This document shows, one piece after another, positions 51,235 to 62,050 of a DNA stretch of 64,000 nucleotides. How positions within the stretch are numbered: the stretch's first letter is position 1; every line of letters begins with the position of its first letter. Below the pieces are notes generated by a model, which was not told the DNA's origin, made no database searches, and was given only the letters and a program-made list of their open reading frames with translations. The position numbers and the translations under genes were made by a program. The stretch is from Candidatus Bathyarchaeota archaeon (lineage in GTDB: Archaea > Thermoproteota > Bathyarchaeia > Bathyarchaeales > Bathycorpusculaceae): the NCBI GenBank assembly GCA_963827165.1, contig CAWGZR010000003.1, positions 128,001-192,000 of the forward strand, read 5' to 3'.

Positions 51235-51374
51235 GCTAATCAGCTGAACATCTTAACCCAAATTAACAATTTTCTTTTTTCTTTATTTTAAACCCGAATT
51301 TTTTGCTAAAAGCAAATAGATACGAAAAATGTTTTAACCTGTACGTTATTCTTAACTTTATATTGGGTGACTTA

Positions 51375-51503
51375 ATGCCAAGTGTAGCAAAACGAAAAGC
51401 AAAAAATACTCAGAATGAACAAAGAAAGAAAATCGATCGCGAAAAAGAAGCGAAAAAGAAACAGATGAGGCAGCAGCTTCCGGCTAAGGGCCAAAAACGT
51501 TAA
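51375..51503 (+). CDS. Small basic protein
   Basis: GGTGA RBS, then MPSVAKRKAK... Confidence 0.5.
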   Translation: MPSVAKRKAKNTQNEQRKKIDREKEAKKKQMRQQLPAKGQKR

Positions 51504-51617
51504 AGCCTTAAGCCAAAGTTCGCAGCTGGTTTCGAATCCTTGAAAGAAATCATGTTTTTTCAGGGTGACTACTGAAAGTTTTTATTTAGTTGTTCCAGTA
51601 ATAGATAACGATCGTTT

Positions 51618-51863
51618 ATGAAGTTGGCTGAAATCGCTATATTGCTTAGAGAAATTGTTGACAGGTGTCCAAATCTAGAAGGAAGCACTTTTACTTTGAT
51701 TCCTCAGAAAGCCATGTACCCCTTGTACAATGGATACCACATAAACATCAAGACCAACATTTCGAAGGAAAGCATAGGCTGCTTGAGAAAAATAGTTGAA
51801 GGGCACGACTTGGTAATGCAGATTAAAGCTGACGCGGTAATAGTCTATGAAACCCGAGGTTAA
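51618..51863 (+). CDS. Small hypothetical protein
   Basis: Resembles 45507..45755. Confidence 0.65.
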   Translation: MKLAEIAILLREIVDRCPNLEGSTFTLIPQKAMYPLYNGYHINIKTNISKESIGCLRKIVEGHDLVMQIKADAVIVYETRG

Positions 51864-52766
51864 CGCTTAAAATCCCTGAATTTATAATGAAACCACCAAA
51901 AAATCAAAAAAACTGCTTTTCAGGCCAAACACTTTTCCATGAATCCTTTGAAATACATAGTAAGGTTTTTGAGCGCCAAATCCAATGGGCTTGTAAGGTT
52001 GATCAACTTTGTCTAGACGAGATAAAAAAGCTGAGGGTTTAGAGCAACACAAGAAACTGCAACGCGAAAAAGATCAGAAACGAAAAGAGCGTAAGCAGGT
52101 ATCACTCCCAGCGAAACACCAGAAAGGCAAAAAATAACTGGACGCCCAAACAGCGTTTTTCCCTTTTTTAAGCAAATATAGCCGCGCTAAGATCCCGGTC
52201 GTACTCTTTTAGGAATATTAAATGCCGAATAGTTTGTACGTAATTCGGGGTCAACCCTGTGATTCTAAATGTTCTCTGATTTGCGCCCAACCAACAGCCA
52301 AACTGAGAGACAACCAACTGATTTTGGTTGTCAACCTGTCTATTTTTTCGAAAATTATTAAAGCGCTAACTTGCATTACATTACACTTGGAGAACAAAAA
52401 ATGCCGAAGAAAGATAAACCCTTAACTAAAAAAGAAAGAGACGAGAAAAGAAAAGCCCGTAAAGAAAAGAAGAGTAAAACACAGACTTAAAACTTCGACC
52501 GAAAAAAATAGGGTCCTTTTTTTCACCCTTAATTTTATTTGATTCGACGCAGAAATCGTGTTTGCGTGTTTTACTTAAATGAGAATGAATTTTCACAGGT
52601 ATCCCTCTTTTCAATCAGCCGGCGGCATCGAACCTCAAGATTAAGACATAGAAAATATTGTAGGTGACAATCGGGCTGCTGAAAAAGAGTTTTTTCAACA
52701 AAATATAAAAAGAAATGTTGGTTTATATAGGCAGTGTGTGAGGCTTAGGTTAGAGGAGAAGTTTGT

Positions 52767-54587
52767 ATGGGTACTCATAAATTTGTAAGCAGGAAGACTG
52801 CTTTGGGCGTCATTGGTTTGTGCATTATTCTTTCGGTTGTTGTGATTGGTGTTTTGATGCAGAATTCAAATGCTAATCTTAAGAATCAAGCTGCATCGAA
52901 GGACTTGGTTATTCAATCCTTGAACTCGACTGTCGGCACCCTGAATGCGACTGTTAACAAGGATAATTCAACGATTGACGCCCTGAACGCCCAAATAGCA
53001 ACTCTCCAGAAACAAGTTAAATCTGAGAACCAAAACAACTCGGCCCTTCAGTCTGAATTTACAGCGACAACTTCTCAACTTACTTCCCAGCTTAGTACCG
53101 CAAATAATGAAGTAAGCTCGCTTCAAAATCAGATTAACTCAAATGCGCAGGCGATAGTTCTTCAAAATCAGCTGACAGCCGCACAGGCGCAAGTAACAAG
53201 CCTGCAAAACCAAATCGGTTCATATCAATCAACAATCACCTCGTTGAACTCAAAGGTGGTAAACTTGGATTCAACGATGGCAAACTGGGATAGCCCCGTC
53301 CAAAATGGGTTTAGTCTTATGCAAATCACAGATACTCAGTTTCTAAGTGAGTCTAACCCAAGCCTATTCAACACGTTGACCAGCTGGATAGTAAACAACA
53401 GTGAAGCCCTGAAAGTTGCAATGGTTATCCATACGGGCGACATTGTAAATGACCCGACTAACTTAACTGAATGGCAAGCCGCCAACACCTCCATGATGCA
53501 GCTCAAAAATAACGGAGTTCCTTACAGTTGGTGCGCAGGAAACCATGATATTTTAGGAGAAACCCTTCCGAACGGGAATGCTAATGGCGAATGGCTAGGC
53601 GGAGAAGGCTTCTCAGCCTTCGACGTAGGGGCTATGCAACAAGAACCTTATTGGGTTGCAAGCATTTTCAACGGAACAAGCACAGCGGTACAATTTAACT
53701 ACGGCATTTACCATTTCTTGGTCATTAATGTCGCTTATGATGCCAACCAAACTGTCATAGACTGGATGCAAGCGCTTATCAAGAGTAATCCCACAGCAAA
53801 CGTGATTGTCACAACTCACAACTTTCTCAATGGGGAAGGTGGATACGGATATCCGTACAGTCAAGCAGACGTCGACTGGGCAGCTGCTTTTAACAATACT
53901 TTATGCACCGACCCTAACGTGTTTTTGACCTTAAGCGGACACGCGATCGGCGAAGGTACAGCGTCCTGGGTGAGGAATGGAAACAGGACAGATATTTTCT
54001 TTAACAGACAGCAAGAAGACAATTTTCAGGGTGGCGCCAGTGTGAGGATCTACACTTTCAATATGACTAATGCAGCAAACCCCACCATAAACGTTTACAC
54101 ATATCTGACGTACCCAACCGGATCAGCAGCAACACCAATGTACCTAACTGATTCGTCCGATGAGTTCAGCTTCACCTCAAACCTTACTGCTTATTCACCA
54201 TCCACGGTTAGTTTCCCTAGCGGCACTAACTTCTGGGGGGCAAGCGGCTTTTCAACAAGCTTTACGAACCCAATAACTCTAACGAGCTACAACCAGACAG
54301 GAGACCTGCTTAGATTCTACAATTTAACATTCAACGGCTTAACTTCAAACCTGACTATGAGCTCCGTTGGCTCCAACATTGTAATAAGCAACTATAACTC
54401 CACAAGCATAACGTACGCGGTTGGCGGAGGAAACAGCACCCAAACATTCCTAACCAACGTAATTCCAACATCGGTAACCGTTGACGGTAATCCAGCAGAA
54501 ACATCTCAAGGCACCCACTGGAACTACATAAATGGAGTCATCACAGTCACAGGCGCCACCACATCAGTGACCATAAATTTCACCTAA
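52767..54587 (+). CDS. Membrane-anchored calcineurin-like metallophosphoesterase with coiled-coil stalk
   Basis: TDTQ, HTGDIV, GNHD, TH, SGH; N-terminal TM. Confidence 0.88.
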   Translation: MGTHKFVSRKTALGVIGLCIILSVVVIGVLMQNSNANLKNQAASKDLVIQSLNSTVGTLNATVNKDNSTIDALNAQIATLQKQVKSENQNNSALQSEFTATTSQLTSQLSTANNEVSSLQNQINSNAQAIVLQNQLTAAQAQVTSLQNQIGSYQSTITSLNSKVVNLDSTMANWDSPVQNGFSLMQITDTQFLSESNPSLFNTLTSWIVNNSEALKVAMVIHTGDIVNDPTNLTEWQAANTSMMQLKNNGVPYSWCAGNHDILGETLPNGNANGEWLGGEGFSAFDVGAMQQEPYWVASIFNGTSTAVQFNYGIYHFLVINVAYDANQTVIDWMQALIKSNPTANVIVTTHNFLNGEGGYGYPYSQADVDWAAAFNNTLCTDPNVFLTLSGHAIGEGTASWVRNGNRTDIFFNRQQEDNFQGGASVRIYTFNMTNAANPTINVYTYLTYPTGSAATPMYLTDSSDEFSFTSNLTAYSPSTVSFPSGTNFWGASGFSTSFTNPITLTSYNQTGDLLRFYNLTFNGLTSNLTMSSVGSNIVISNYNSTSITYAVGGGNSTQTFLTNVIPTSVTVDGNPAETSQGTHWNYINGVITVTGATTSVTINFT

Positions 54588-55001
54588 CTCCCTATAAAAA
54601 ATCTAGGCCAAAAAAACATTTGGACAAAACGACAGGGAGAATCGCCCTACATCAGGGGTTTCTCCATTTGTTCCGCTCCTTGATTGCGAGCCAGTGCATG
54701 GCTGATGTAGGTTTTTTTTGAATTAAAAGATGCGTTGCACATCGTGCATGGAATTTGCCTTTCTCAAGCATTTTGGGCTCGAGGATATTCTGATTCTGCA
54801 TGCCGGGTGTTGTAGCGCGGAGGTCGTTGTGTCCGTTGCGTTTGAGCCGGGATTGATTTTACTCAAAAGTTTAACCTACACTTGAACCCTATGATAATTG
54901 ACACATTTTTCAAAGCTGCAATTCACATTTAAAGTTGTGTGACTGTGCAAAGCAAGCTACAAACAAACTGATCGAGAATGAATTGAGTGGAAAAGCGTCT
55001 T

Positions 55002-55343
55002 CTAAGAGTATTCTCGGAAGGTGTGACCGCATTTAGTGCAGCGCATGAATTGGGTTGATGCTTCGTCGCCGCCGCGGGTCTGAACTTGCCACACGAACAC
55101 TTCGTTGTTTTCGCATTTCTCGCATTTCATTCTGATGGTCTGCATGGTTTTGACGTTTTGTTCTTCTTCGCTTATGACGGTCATGAATGGCTGAGATGTA
55201 GGTTGAATAACCCTAACGACCTTTGCTTGCTCTCTGTTGGTGGAAGGTGCCTTAGTGAAACCGCATTTACAGCAGACAAGTGCCACTGTACCCTCTGATT
55301 TTTTGGGTTCGAGACGAACGCCGCAAGTTGGGCAAAACTCCAT
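55002..55343 (-). CDS. tfs: Transcription factor S
   Basis: FCPTCG; QTRGGDEASTQFMRCTKCGHTFREY. Confidence 0.92.
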   Translation of the reverse strand: MEFCPTCGVRLEPKKSEGTVALVCCKCGFTKAPSTNREQAKVVRVIQPTSQPFMTVISEEEQNVKTMQTIRMKCEKCENNEVFVWQVQTRGGDEASTQFMRCTKCGHTFREYS

Positions 55344-55530
55344 TTACAAAAACCCCTCTCGATATTCCCCATTCAAAAGGAACATACCCAATATAAGTCT
55401 TGTTAGATTTCCACCGACAATTTCAGGCAAGAAGAATGAAGGGCTCAAAATTCGATCAAATCTTCAAAGTATTCAAACGCAAATTAAAAATATCTCGACG
55501 CTTGTAGAAGGCGATGGATGGAATTTAAAA

Positions 55531-56169
55531 ATGGAAGGAACGCCTAAGAGCGAATGGCAAACAATTGACCATGTACTTGCTTACCTGGCGAGAGCCGATA
55601 AGCTTCCGCATAGGACGGAAGGCGAACGAGTCTTGCTTGAACAGATCCCATCGCATACCAAACGTATTTTGGATTTAGGAACAGGCGATGGCAGACTGCT
55701 TTCACTGGTTAAAATGAGCCGACCAAATGCTGAAGGCGTAGCGGTGGATTTCTCTGACCCGATGCTTGAACGCGCAAGAAAACGTTTTGCAGACGACAAA
55801 AACGTAACCGTGGTTAAACACGATTTTGGTTCTCCGCTTCCAGCTAAGCAACTCGGCTGCTTCGACGCCGTTGTATCAAGTTTGGCAATTCACCATTTAA
55901 CCCATCCGAGAAAGAAGCAACTGTACACCGAAATATTCAACCTTCTAAACTCCGAAGGCGTATTCTGCAACCTGGAACGAGTGGCGTCCTCAACAGAAAA
56001 TCTCCATCACAAATTTGTTGTAGCCACAGGAACCGAAGTAGAGGACCCTTCGAATAAGCTTTTAGATGTTGAAACACAGCTTAAATGGCTGAGAGAGATA
56101 GGGTTCAGCGACGTTGATTGCTACTGGAAATGGTTGGAAATAGCGCTCTTGATAGGTTTCAAACCTTAA
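55531..56169 (+). CDS. Class I SAM-dependent methyltransferase
   Basis: ILDLGTGDG, DFS, FDAVVSSLAIHHL. Confidence 0.9.
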   Translation: MEGTPKSEWQTIDHVLAYLARADKLPHRTEGERVLLEQIPSHTKRILDLGTGDGRLLSLVKMSRPNAEGVAVDFSDPMLERARKRFADDKNVTVVKHDFGSPLPAKQLGCFDAVVSSLAIHHLTHPRKKQLYTEIFNLLNSEGVFCNLERVASSTENLHHKFVVATGTEVEDPSNKLLDVETQLKWLREIGFSDVDCYWKWLEIALLIGFKP

Positions 56170-56262
56170 ACCTGCCTCTTTTTGGCATCTAATCACCAAA
56201 ACGGAAAATAGAAAACGATAATAATGCGCTTGTACAACATTCTAGTTAGAGGTTTTTATCAA

Positions 56263-56787
56263 ATGACAACTAGCAATAGTAGTGGACAGATTGACCTTAT
56301 GCATTGGCTAATTCGCTTAATCGCTTACATCATCGACGCAATAATAATCTTCGTGGTAACAACTATACTAGGCATCATAATAGCAATAATAGCTGTCGCA
56401 GCAATAGCCACCGGCTCCGTGCTTTTCTACGGCGGACTATGGCTAACTTTTGGGCTCTTTGGATTACTCTCGATACTATACTTCATCATCTTGGACGTCG
56501 TCTGGGGCGGAACAATTGGAAAAAGACTCATGGGCTTAGACGTGCAACTGGAAAAAGGCGGAAGAATATCAATTGGCAAATCATTCATCCGCAACATAAG
56601 CAAAATCTTCGCGCTTTTCCTATTTCTCGACTGGTTGATAGCCGTTGTAACTGCTGGAAACGACAGGCGCCAAAAATTGACCGACCGCTGGGCAGGAACC
56701 ACCGTTGTCCAAGTAAAGCAAGTATTCCAAACTAGCCAACCATCCCCAACACCAGCTCCACCGCCGCCTCCGCCACCAGCCGCTTAA
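56263..56787 (+). CDS. RDD family membrane protein
   Basis: RLIAYIID, TIGK, RN, DRWAGTTVV. Confidence 0.9.
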   Translation: MTTSNSSGQIDLMHWLIRLIAYIIDAIIIFVVTTILGIIIAIIAVAAIATGSVLFYGGLWLTFGLFGLLSILYFIILDVVWGGTIGKRLMGLDVQLEKGGRISIGKSFIRNISKIFALFLFLDWLIAVVTAGNDRRQKLTDRWAGTTVVQVKQVFQTSQPSPTPAPPPPPPPAA

Positions 56788-56882
56788 ATCAAAAAACCCT
56801 TTCTTTTTTTTGAATTAATTCTTCACCTAATAATGAACTTGCAATAATCATTGATAAAGTCAAACGGCTATTTCGATGGCTT

Positions 56883-57221
56883 TTAGGCGTTGAGTTCTTC
56901 AAGCCAAACTACGAGTTGCTTTTCACTTAACCCCACACCGAATTTTCCGTCGAGACGTTTGGCAATCTTGCCTTTTTCGAAGAGAATTACTGTTGGAACA
57001 GCATCTATTTCGTAGTCATCCCACATTGGATTATCGTAGTCGTCAATTACGACGTGAACAACTGCTCCGCCGCGAAAGCTGCCGGCTTTCTTTTTGAAAA
57101 CTGGGACAAACCTCATGCAATGAGGGCACCAAGTGGCATAGAACAAAGCGAGAACTTTTTCGTTCTTTTTTAATTCTTCAGTAAAGTTTTCTTTGTTGTC
57201 AACTTCGACCATAAGTATCAT
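56883..57221 (-). CDS. Thioredoxin family protein
   Basis: FYATWCPHC, VPT. Confidence 0.92.
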   Translation of the reverse strand: MILMVEVDNKENFTEELKKNEKVLALFYATWCPHCMRFVPVFKKKAGSFRGGAVVHVVIDDYDNPMWDDYEIDAVPTVILFEKGKIAKRLDGKFGVGLSEKQLVVWLEELNA

Positions 57222-57328
57222 TTAAAATCGACTTTTCGTTATTCATAAACATACCGTTCTAAACCCTTCAGACATGCATCCGAAAGGAAGCCTAAATAAA
57301 GCAAACCCAAATCAATAGCTGGGATACA

Positions 57329-58051
57329 ATGTCGCGGAAAGCTTATAGAAGAGGTTATCCGGTTGCAGTTTTGATTGGAATCGAGGTTGACCATGCTGCT
57401 TTATGGCAGATCTTTAGTCAAGTTGCAAAGCAACTGCAGATAATTCCACTTAATGGGAGCAGAAACGATGCAAAAGCCGTCTATAACTTTCATGAATCCT
57501 TAGTAAACGCGTTGCGGCCGACGCTAAAAGAAGGTCTGAGAAGCGTTATTGTTGCGTCTACCCCTAAGACCACTTACGCGCAAGAATTCACAAACCACAT
57601 AAAAGCGCATCACAGTTGGCTAATGCAAGGCGCAAACAGAGCAGCTATCTCAACCATAACGAGTTCCGCCAGTTCCCCTCAACAAGTCGCCGCCTTAACC
57701 AAAACAACGGCATTTAAAGAGCTAATCAACCAAACAACAGCGCAGGAAACAGAAAACCTGCTTGAAATCCTCGAAAAACGACTAAACGCTACCGACAACA
57801 TGGTGCTTTTCTCTTTGCAAGAAGCCGAAAACCTCATCCTTAATACCCAAGGCGAAGGCAAGCCAAAACCCGAATACCTTATGCTTACCGACGAATACCT
57901 TTCAAAAAGCCGGCAAAAATACCGCTTGCAAAGGCTTATGCAGGTTGCGGCAAATAGGGGCGTTAAAACACGTGTTATCAGTGCCGATTCAACTGCAGGA
58001 AAGCGCCTCACTCAGTTAGGCGGAATTGTCTGCTTGGCAAAACGCGACTAG
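57329..58051 (+). CDS. Pelota/aRF1 domain 2-3-like protein
   Basis: Terminal STAGKRLTQLGGIVCL; lacks the N-terminal domain. Confidence 0.55.
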   Translation: MSRKAYRRGYPVAVLIGIEVDHAALWQIFSQVAKQLQIIPLNGSRNDAKAVYNFHESLVNALRPTLKEGLRSVIVASTPKTTYAQEFTNHIKAHHSWLMQGANRAAISTITSSASSPQQVAALTKTTAFKELINQTTAQETENLLEILEKRLNATDNMVLFSLQEAENLILNTQGEGKPKPEYLMLTDEYLSKSRQKYRLQRLMQVAANRGVKTRVISADSTAGKRLTQLGGIVCLAKRD

Positions 58052-58053
58052 GA

Positions 58054-58794
58054 TCATTTGAGTAGCTTTGCTTTTCTTAATTCTTCAACTGAAATCTTGC
58101 CAGAATGCAAAGCAGAAGCCACCAAAACACCTGAAACACCCAGATTTTTCAGCTCAACTAAATCGGAGATACCTCGAACTCCGCCGCCAACATAAACATT
58201 GAGGGTTAAGGATTTTTGGACTTTGCCCAGAAAATCAACGTTGACTCCTTCACCACTGCCCACCCTCGCCAAATCCAAAACAATCACCTGCGAAACACCC
58301 AAAGATTTGAATTCCCTCAGAAGGCACAAAGGATCCGCGCAGCCGTCGAACCCTGGCTTTGCAAGAACTTTATCGCCATTCAAATCTAAACTGACGATGA
58401 GGCGTTCACTCCCAAATCTCTTGACAGCTTCACCGACGAAGCCCTTGTTTTGAAGAGTCTCCGTTCCGACAACCAATTTCGAAACTCCTTTCGACAGCAA
58501 ACTCTCTGCCCTATCCATTGACGTTACGCCCGCATCAACCATCAAATTAAGACCCGATCCATCAGCAAGTCGTTTAAGTGCTTGAAAGTTCGAGGAGCAA
58601 TCGATAATTGCGTCTAAATCAGCCACGTACAACTCCCCGAAACCAAGTGCTTTGAATGCTTGAGCAACTTGCAAGGGGACTGAGGAATCGCACACAACAC
58701 TTTGGATGGGTCGATACTCGCTTCTTTTGCCCTTGACCGCATGCACCACAGCGCCGTTCAAAATGTCGATTACCGGAATAATTTTCAGGTTCAT
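58054..58794 (-). CDS. HisA/HisF-related TIM barrel protein (C1-cofactor associated)
   Basis: IPVIDILNGAVVHAVKGKRSEYRP, YVADLDAI, RVGSGEG. Confidence 0.85.
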   Translation of the reverse strand: MNLKIIPVIDILNGAVVHAVKGKRSEYRPIQSVVCDSSVPLQVAQAFKALGFGELYVADLDAIIDCSSNFQALKRLADGSGLNLMVDAGVTSMDRAESLLSKGVSKLVVGTETLQNKGFVGEAVKRFGSERLIVSLDLNGDKVLAKPGFDGCADPLCLLREFKSLGVSQVIVLDLARVGSGEGVNVDFLGKVQKSLTLNVYVGGGVRGISDLVELKNLGVSGVLVASALHSGKISVEELRKAKLLK

Positions 58795-58893
58795 TCACCA
58801 TCTTTGGAATGATTGTGAACAAATAGAAAAACATAGCCGTTACTGAGCAAAACTTTTAAAGCCTTCATTAATGCGCTTGATAATGACCCAAGA

Positions 58894-59634
58894 TTGAAGC
58901 TGCTAATTAGTCCCGCCAACGTAGAGGAAGCCTCTGAAGCCATTGCTGGAGGCGCTGACATTGTGGATGTAAAGAACCCACAGGAAGGCGCATTAGGTGC
59001 TAATTTTCCGTGGGTAATCAAGCAGATAAGAGATCTTGCACCGAAAAACGTTGAGGTAAGCTGCGCCCTTGGCGATGTTTCAAATTTTCCTGGTTCTGTG
59101 TCGTTGGCTGCTTTTGGCGCTGCAACGCTAGGTGTTGATTATGTTAAAGTTGGGTTGTACGGATTCAAAACCGAAGCAGAAGCGATTTACCTACTGCAGA
59201 ACGTTAAGAGAGCAGCTAAGGGATGCAACCCTACAATCAAGGTGGCAGCCGCCGGGTATGCGGACGCACAAAGAATCGACGCACTCGACCCGTTGTTGAT
59301 TCCTCAGATAGCGTTCAAAGCTCAAGTGGACGTTGCAATGCTTGACACAGGAGTCAAAGACGGCAAAAACCTCTTCAACTACCTGTCGGAGACGCAAATC
59401 AAAAAATTTGTTGATGACAGCCACCATTTTGGCCTTGAAGCGGCTTTGGCTGGGTCGCTACAGAAAGAAGATTTGCCAGTTATCTACCAGTTAGGTGCTG
59501 ACATCGCAGGTTTACGCGGTGCCGCCTGCACAAAAGGTGACCGCGTCAAAGGCAAAATGAAAAAAGCTCTCGTACAAGAACTTGCAAAAGTCATAAAGCG
59601 AGCTGAAGAGCAAGCTAAAAAGCCGAGGGCTTAA
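58894..59634 (+). CDS. mfnB: (5-formylfuran-3-yl)methyl phosphate synthase
   Basis: LLISP..GGADIVDVKNPQEGALGANFPW, DYVKVG, LAGSL, RGAAC. Confidence 0.95.
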   Translation: MKLLISPANVEEASEAIAGGADIVDVKNPQEGALGANFPWVIKQIRDLAPKNVEVSCALGDVSNFPGSVSLAAFGAATLGVDYVKVGLYGFKTEAEAIYLLQNVKRAAKGCNPTIKVAAAGYADAQRIDALDPLLIPQIAFKAQVDVAMLDTGVKDGKNLFNYLSETQIKKFVDDSHHFGLEAALAGSLQKEDLPVIYQLGADIAGLRGAACTKGDRVKGKMKKALVQELAKVIKRAEEQAKKPRA

Positions 59635-59636
59635 AT

Positions 59637-60776
59637 GTGCTATCAAGCGGCTTAAGCAAAAGACAGGTGCTGGCTGAACTAAAAAAAATCCGATGCTTAG
59701 ACCAACAATACAATGACGGCAAAATTCTGTGTTCAATGTGCACCAAATCGCACCCGACAGCTGAAAAAGCGTACAGGCTGTTTTTAAACTCTAACTTAGG
59801 CGACCCAGGGCTCTTTCGAGGAAGCGTTCAACTGGAAAAAGAGGTCGTCAACGCTCTAACCAGGCTTCTTCACGGCGAAAACTGCGTTGGCCACATTGTT
59901 TCCGGAGGTACCGAGGCTAATTTGACGGCGCTCTTGGCGGCAATTAAAAAGGCGAGTGTTCGAGTTCCCGAGGTGGTTTTGCCTGAATCAGCTCATTTCT
60001 CGTTCACAAAAATCTGCAGCATCTTAAACCTCAAACCGGTTTATGCTGGCTTAGACGACTCTTTTAAGGCTGATCCAAAGCAGGTTGAAGAATGCATCGG
60101 AGAAAACACTGTCGCTTTAGTAGGGACGGCTGGGTCTTCTGAGCTAGGAATTGTCGATCCGATCGAGGCACTTTCTCAAATCGCAGCTCGGCATAATGTT
60201 TGGTTGCATGTCGATGCAGCCTTTGGCGGCTTGGTCATCCCGTTCCTCGCTGACGCTCAACGCCCCTTTGACTTCGGATTGGAGGCTGTGGAATCCATGA
60301 CTGTCGACCCACATAAGATGGGCATGGCGGCGATCCCAGCGGGCGGAATCCTTTTCAGGCACGCCGAAGCGTTGAATTCCCTCAAGACTGAAACGCCTTA
60401 CTTAACTGACCAGTTCCAAAACACTTTTACGGGAACAAGATCTGGCGCCGCCGTAGCTTCGACATGGGCAGCCTTCAGGTCGATCGGCTTTAATGGCTAC
60501 AGAAAAATCGTAGGCAAATGCATGAAGACTACAAGATTTTTTGCTGATGGGCTGACAGAGAGAGGTTGCGCTCTCGTCACGAAACCAACCCTAAATATAG
60601 TGGCATTTCGCAGCAACAACGGCAGCAAACGCTTAGCTGAGAAACTTCGGGAACAAGGCTGGTTCATCTCATACGTGCCACGCTACGACTGCTTAAGAAT
60701 AGTCGTCATGCCCCACGTCAAGAAACAGCATGCCATGGCTTTTTTAGAAGATGTAGCGAAAATCGAAAAGCTTTAA
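59637..60776 (+). CDS. mfnA: L-tyrosine/aspartate decarboxylase
   Basis: SMCT, NLGDPGLF, SGGTEAN, HVDAAFGG, DPHK, VVMPHV. Confidence 0.95.
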   Translation: MLSSGLSKRQVLAELKKIRCLDQQYNDGKILCSMCTKSHPTAEKAYRLFLNSNLGDPGLFRGSVQLEKEVVNALTRLLHGENCVGHIVSGGTEANLTALLAAIKKASVRVPEVVLPESAHFSFTKICSILNLKPVYAGLDDSFKADPKQVEECIGENTVALVGTAGSSELGIVDPIEALSQIAARHNVWLHVDAAFGGLVIPFLADAQRPFDFGLEAVESMTVDPHKMGMAAIPAGGILFRHAEALNSLKTETPYLTDQFQNTFTGTRSGAAVASTWAAFRSIGFNGYRKIVGKCMKTTRFFADGLTERGCALVTKPTLNIVAFRSNNGSKRLAEKLREQGWFISYVPRYDCLRIVVMPHVKKQHAMAFLEDVAKIEKL

Positions 60777-60816
60777 GGTCACGCGTTGTTTCCATCGACT
60801 CTAAAAGGACGATACT

Positions 60817-62049
60817 TTGAAAATTTTAGTTTATGAACATGTTTCAGGTGGCGGGTACGCAGGGCAACCCTTGGACCCAAGCGTTTTGTCAGAAGGATTT
60901 GCTATGCTTAGCTGTCTTGCCAAAGATTTTAAGGCGGCAGGGCACGAAGTAACCGTTTTACTTGACGCGCGCCTCTCAAAGTTCAATGCTTCTTTGGATA
61001 CTGATTGCATAGTACGGGTTTTTTACGCCAAGGAAAACGAAGAATTGTTTGAAGGCGCCGCCAAAATCAACGATGCTGTCTACGTTATTGCGCCTGAAAC
61101 GGAACAAATCCTTCAATCATTCGTTGATCTTGAGGGAAAGACGGGTAAGCTTTCGCTTAATTGCGAAGCCGGCGCCATCCACAAGATTACTGATAAAGCT
61201 GTTTTGTATAATTCACTTAAAAAAAACGGGTTACTTACACCTCAAACCTTAATTTTTAATGTAGACGACGAACACACAAACATCCATAGTGAAATCAAAA
61301 ACAAGCTGGGTTATCCCGTTGTTTTTAAGCCGGTAGAAAGCACAGGCTGTGGCGGATTAAGTGTTATCCAAGAAGACAGCCAAATAGAGGCAGCCGTAGC
61401 GAAGATAAAGATTGTGTCATCCCGCAAAAAATTCTTGGTGCAAGAGTTTATCCGCGGTGGGGCTGCAAGCGTTAGTTTACTATGTGCGAAGGATAAGGCG
61501 CTCGCAATTAGCCTAAATAAACAAAATGTTCAGCTTGCACCGCCTGATGCAGCTTCAAGTTATGAAGGCGGCGTAGTTCCCTTTTATCATCCATTAAGGC
61601 CTGAAACGTTCGCTACAGCAGAAAAAGTCGCCATGTCTTTACCCGGGTTACGCGGTTATATCGGCATTGACTTTGTTTTAACGGAGGGCAAGCCATTTGT
61701 GGTGGATGTCAATCCTCGCTTAACAACTTCGTTTGTTGGGTTACGCGGGGTTGCAGGGTTCAACGTAGCGGAGGCAATTGTAAACGCTGTGCTTAAGGAC
61801 AAACTTCCAGCACCACCAGAAAATAGAGATTTCAGTTACTTCTCGAAAGTGAAAACCGCAAACCCGTCACTTCAGGCCTTCCAAAAGACAACAAGAACCA
61901 AAGGGGTTATTTCGCCGCCGTTCCCTCTGGACGCCACTTCAGAAGCTGTTTCAATGGTTATTGGGCAGGGCGAATCCATGTCTGAGGCTCATCTGAGATT
62001 CGAAGAAGCTAAAAAGCGGCTGCTCAACATTATTCGCAGGGGAAAATAG
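60817..62049 (+). CDS. mfnD: Tyramine--L-glutamate ligase (ATP-grasp)
   Basis: EGFAML, IAPE, GYIGID, NPRLTTS; cluster context. Confidence 0.85.
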   Translation: MKILVYEHVSGGGYAGQPLDPSVLSEGFAMLSCLAKDFKAAGHEVTVLLDARLSKFNASLDTDCIVRVFYAKENEELFEGAAKINDAVYVIAPETEQILQSFVDLEGKTGKLSLNCEAGAIHKITDKAVLYNSLKKNGLLTPQTLIFNVDDEHTNIHSEIKNKLGYPVVFKPVESTGCGGLSVIQEDSQIEAAVAKIKIVSSRKKFLVQEFIRGGAASVSLLCAKDKALAISLNKQNVQLAPPDAASSYEGGVVPFYHPLRPETFATAEKVAMSLPGLRGYIGIDFVLTEGKPFVVDVNPRLTTSFVGLRGVAGFNVAEAIVNAVLKDKLPAPPENRDFSYFSKVKTANPSLQAFQKTTRTKGVISPPFPLDATSEAVSMVIGQGESMSEAHLRFEEAKKRLLNIIRRGK

Positions 62050-62050
62050 C

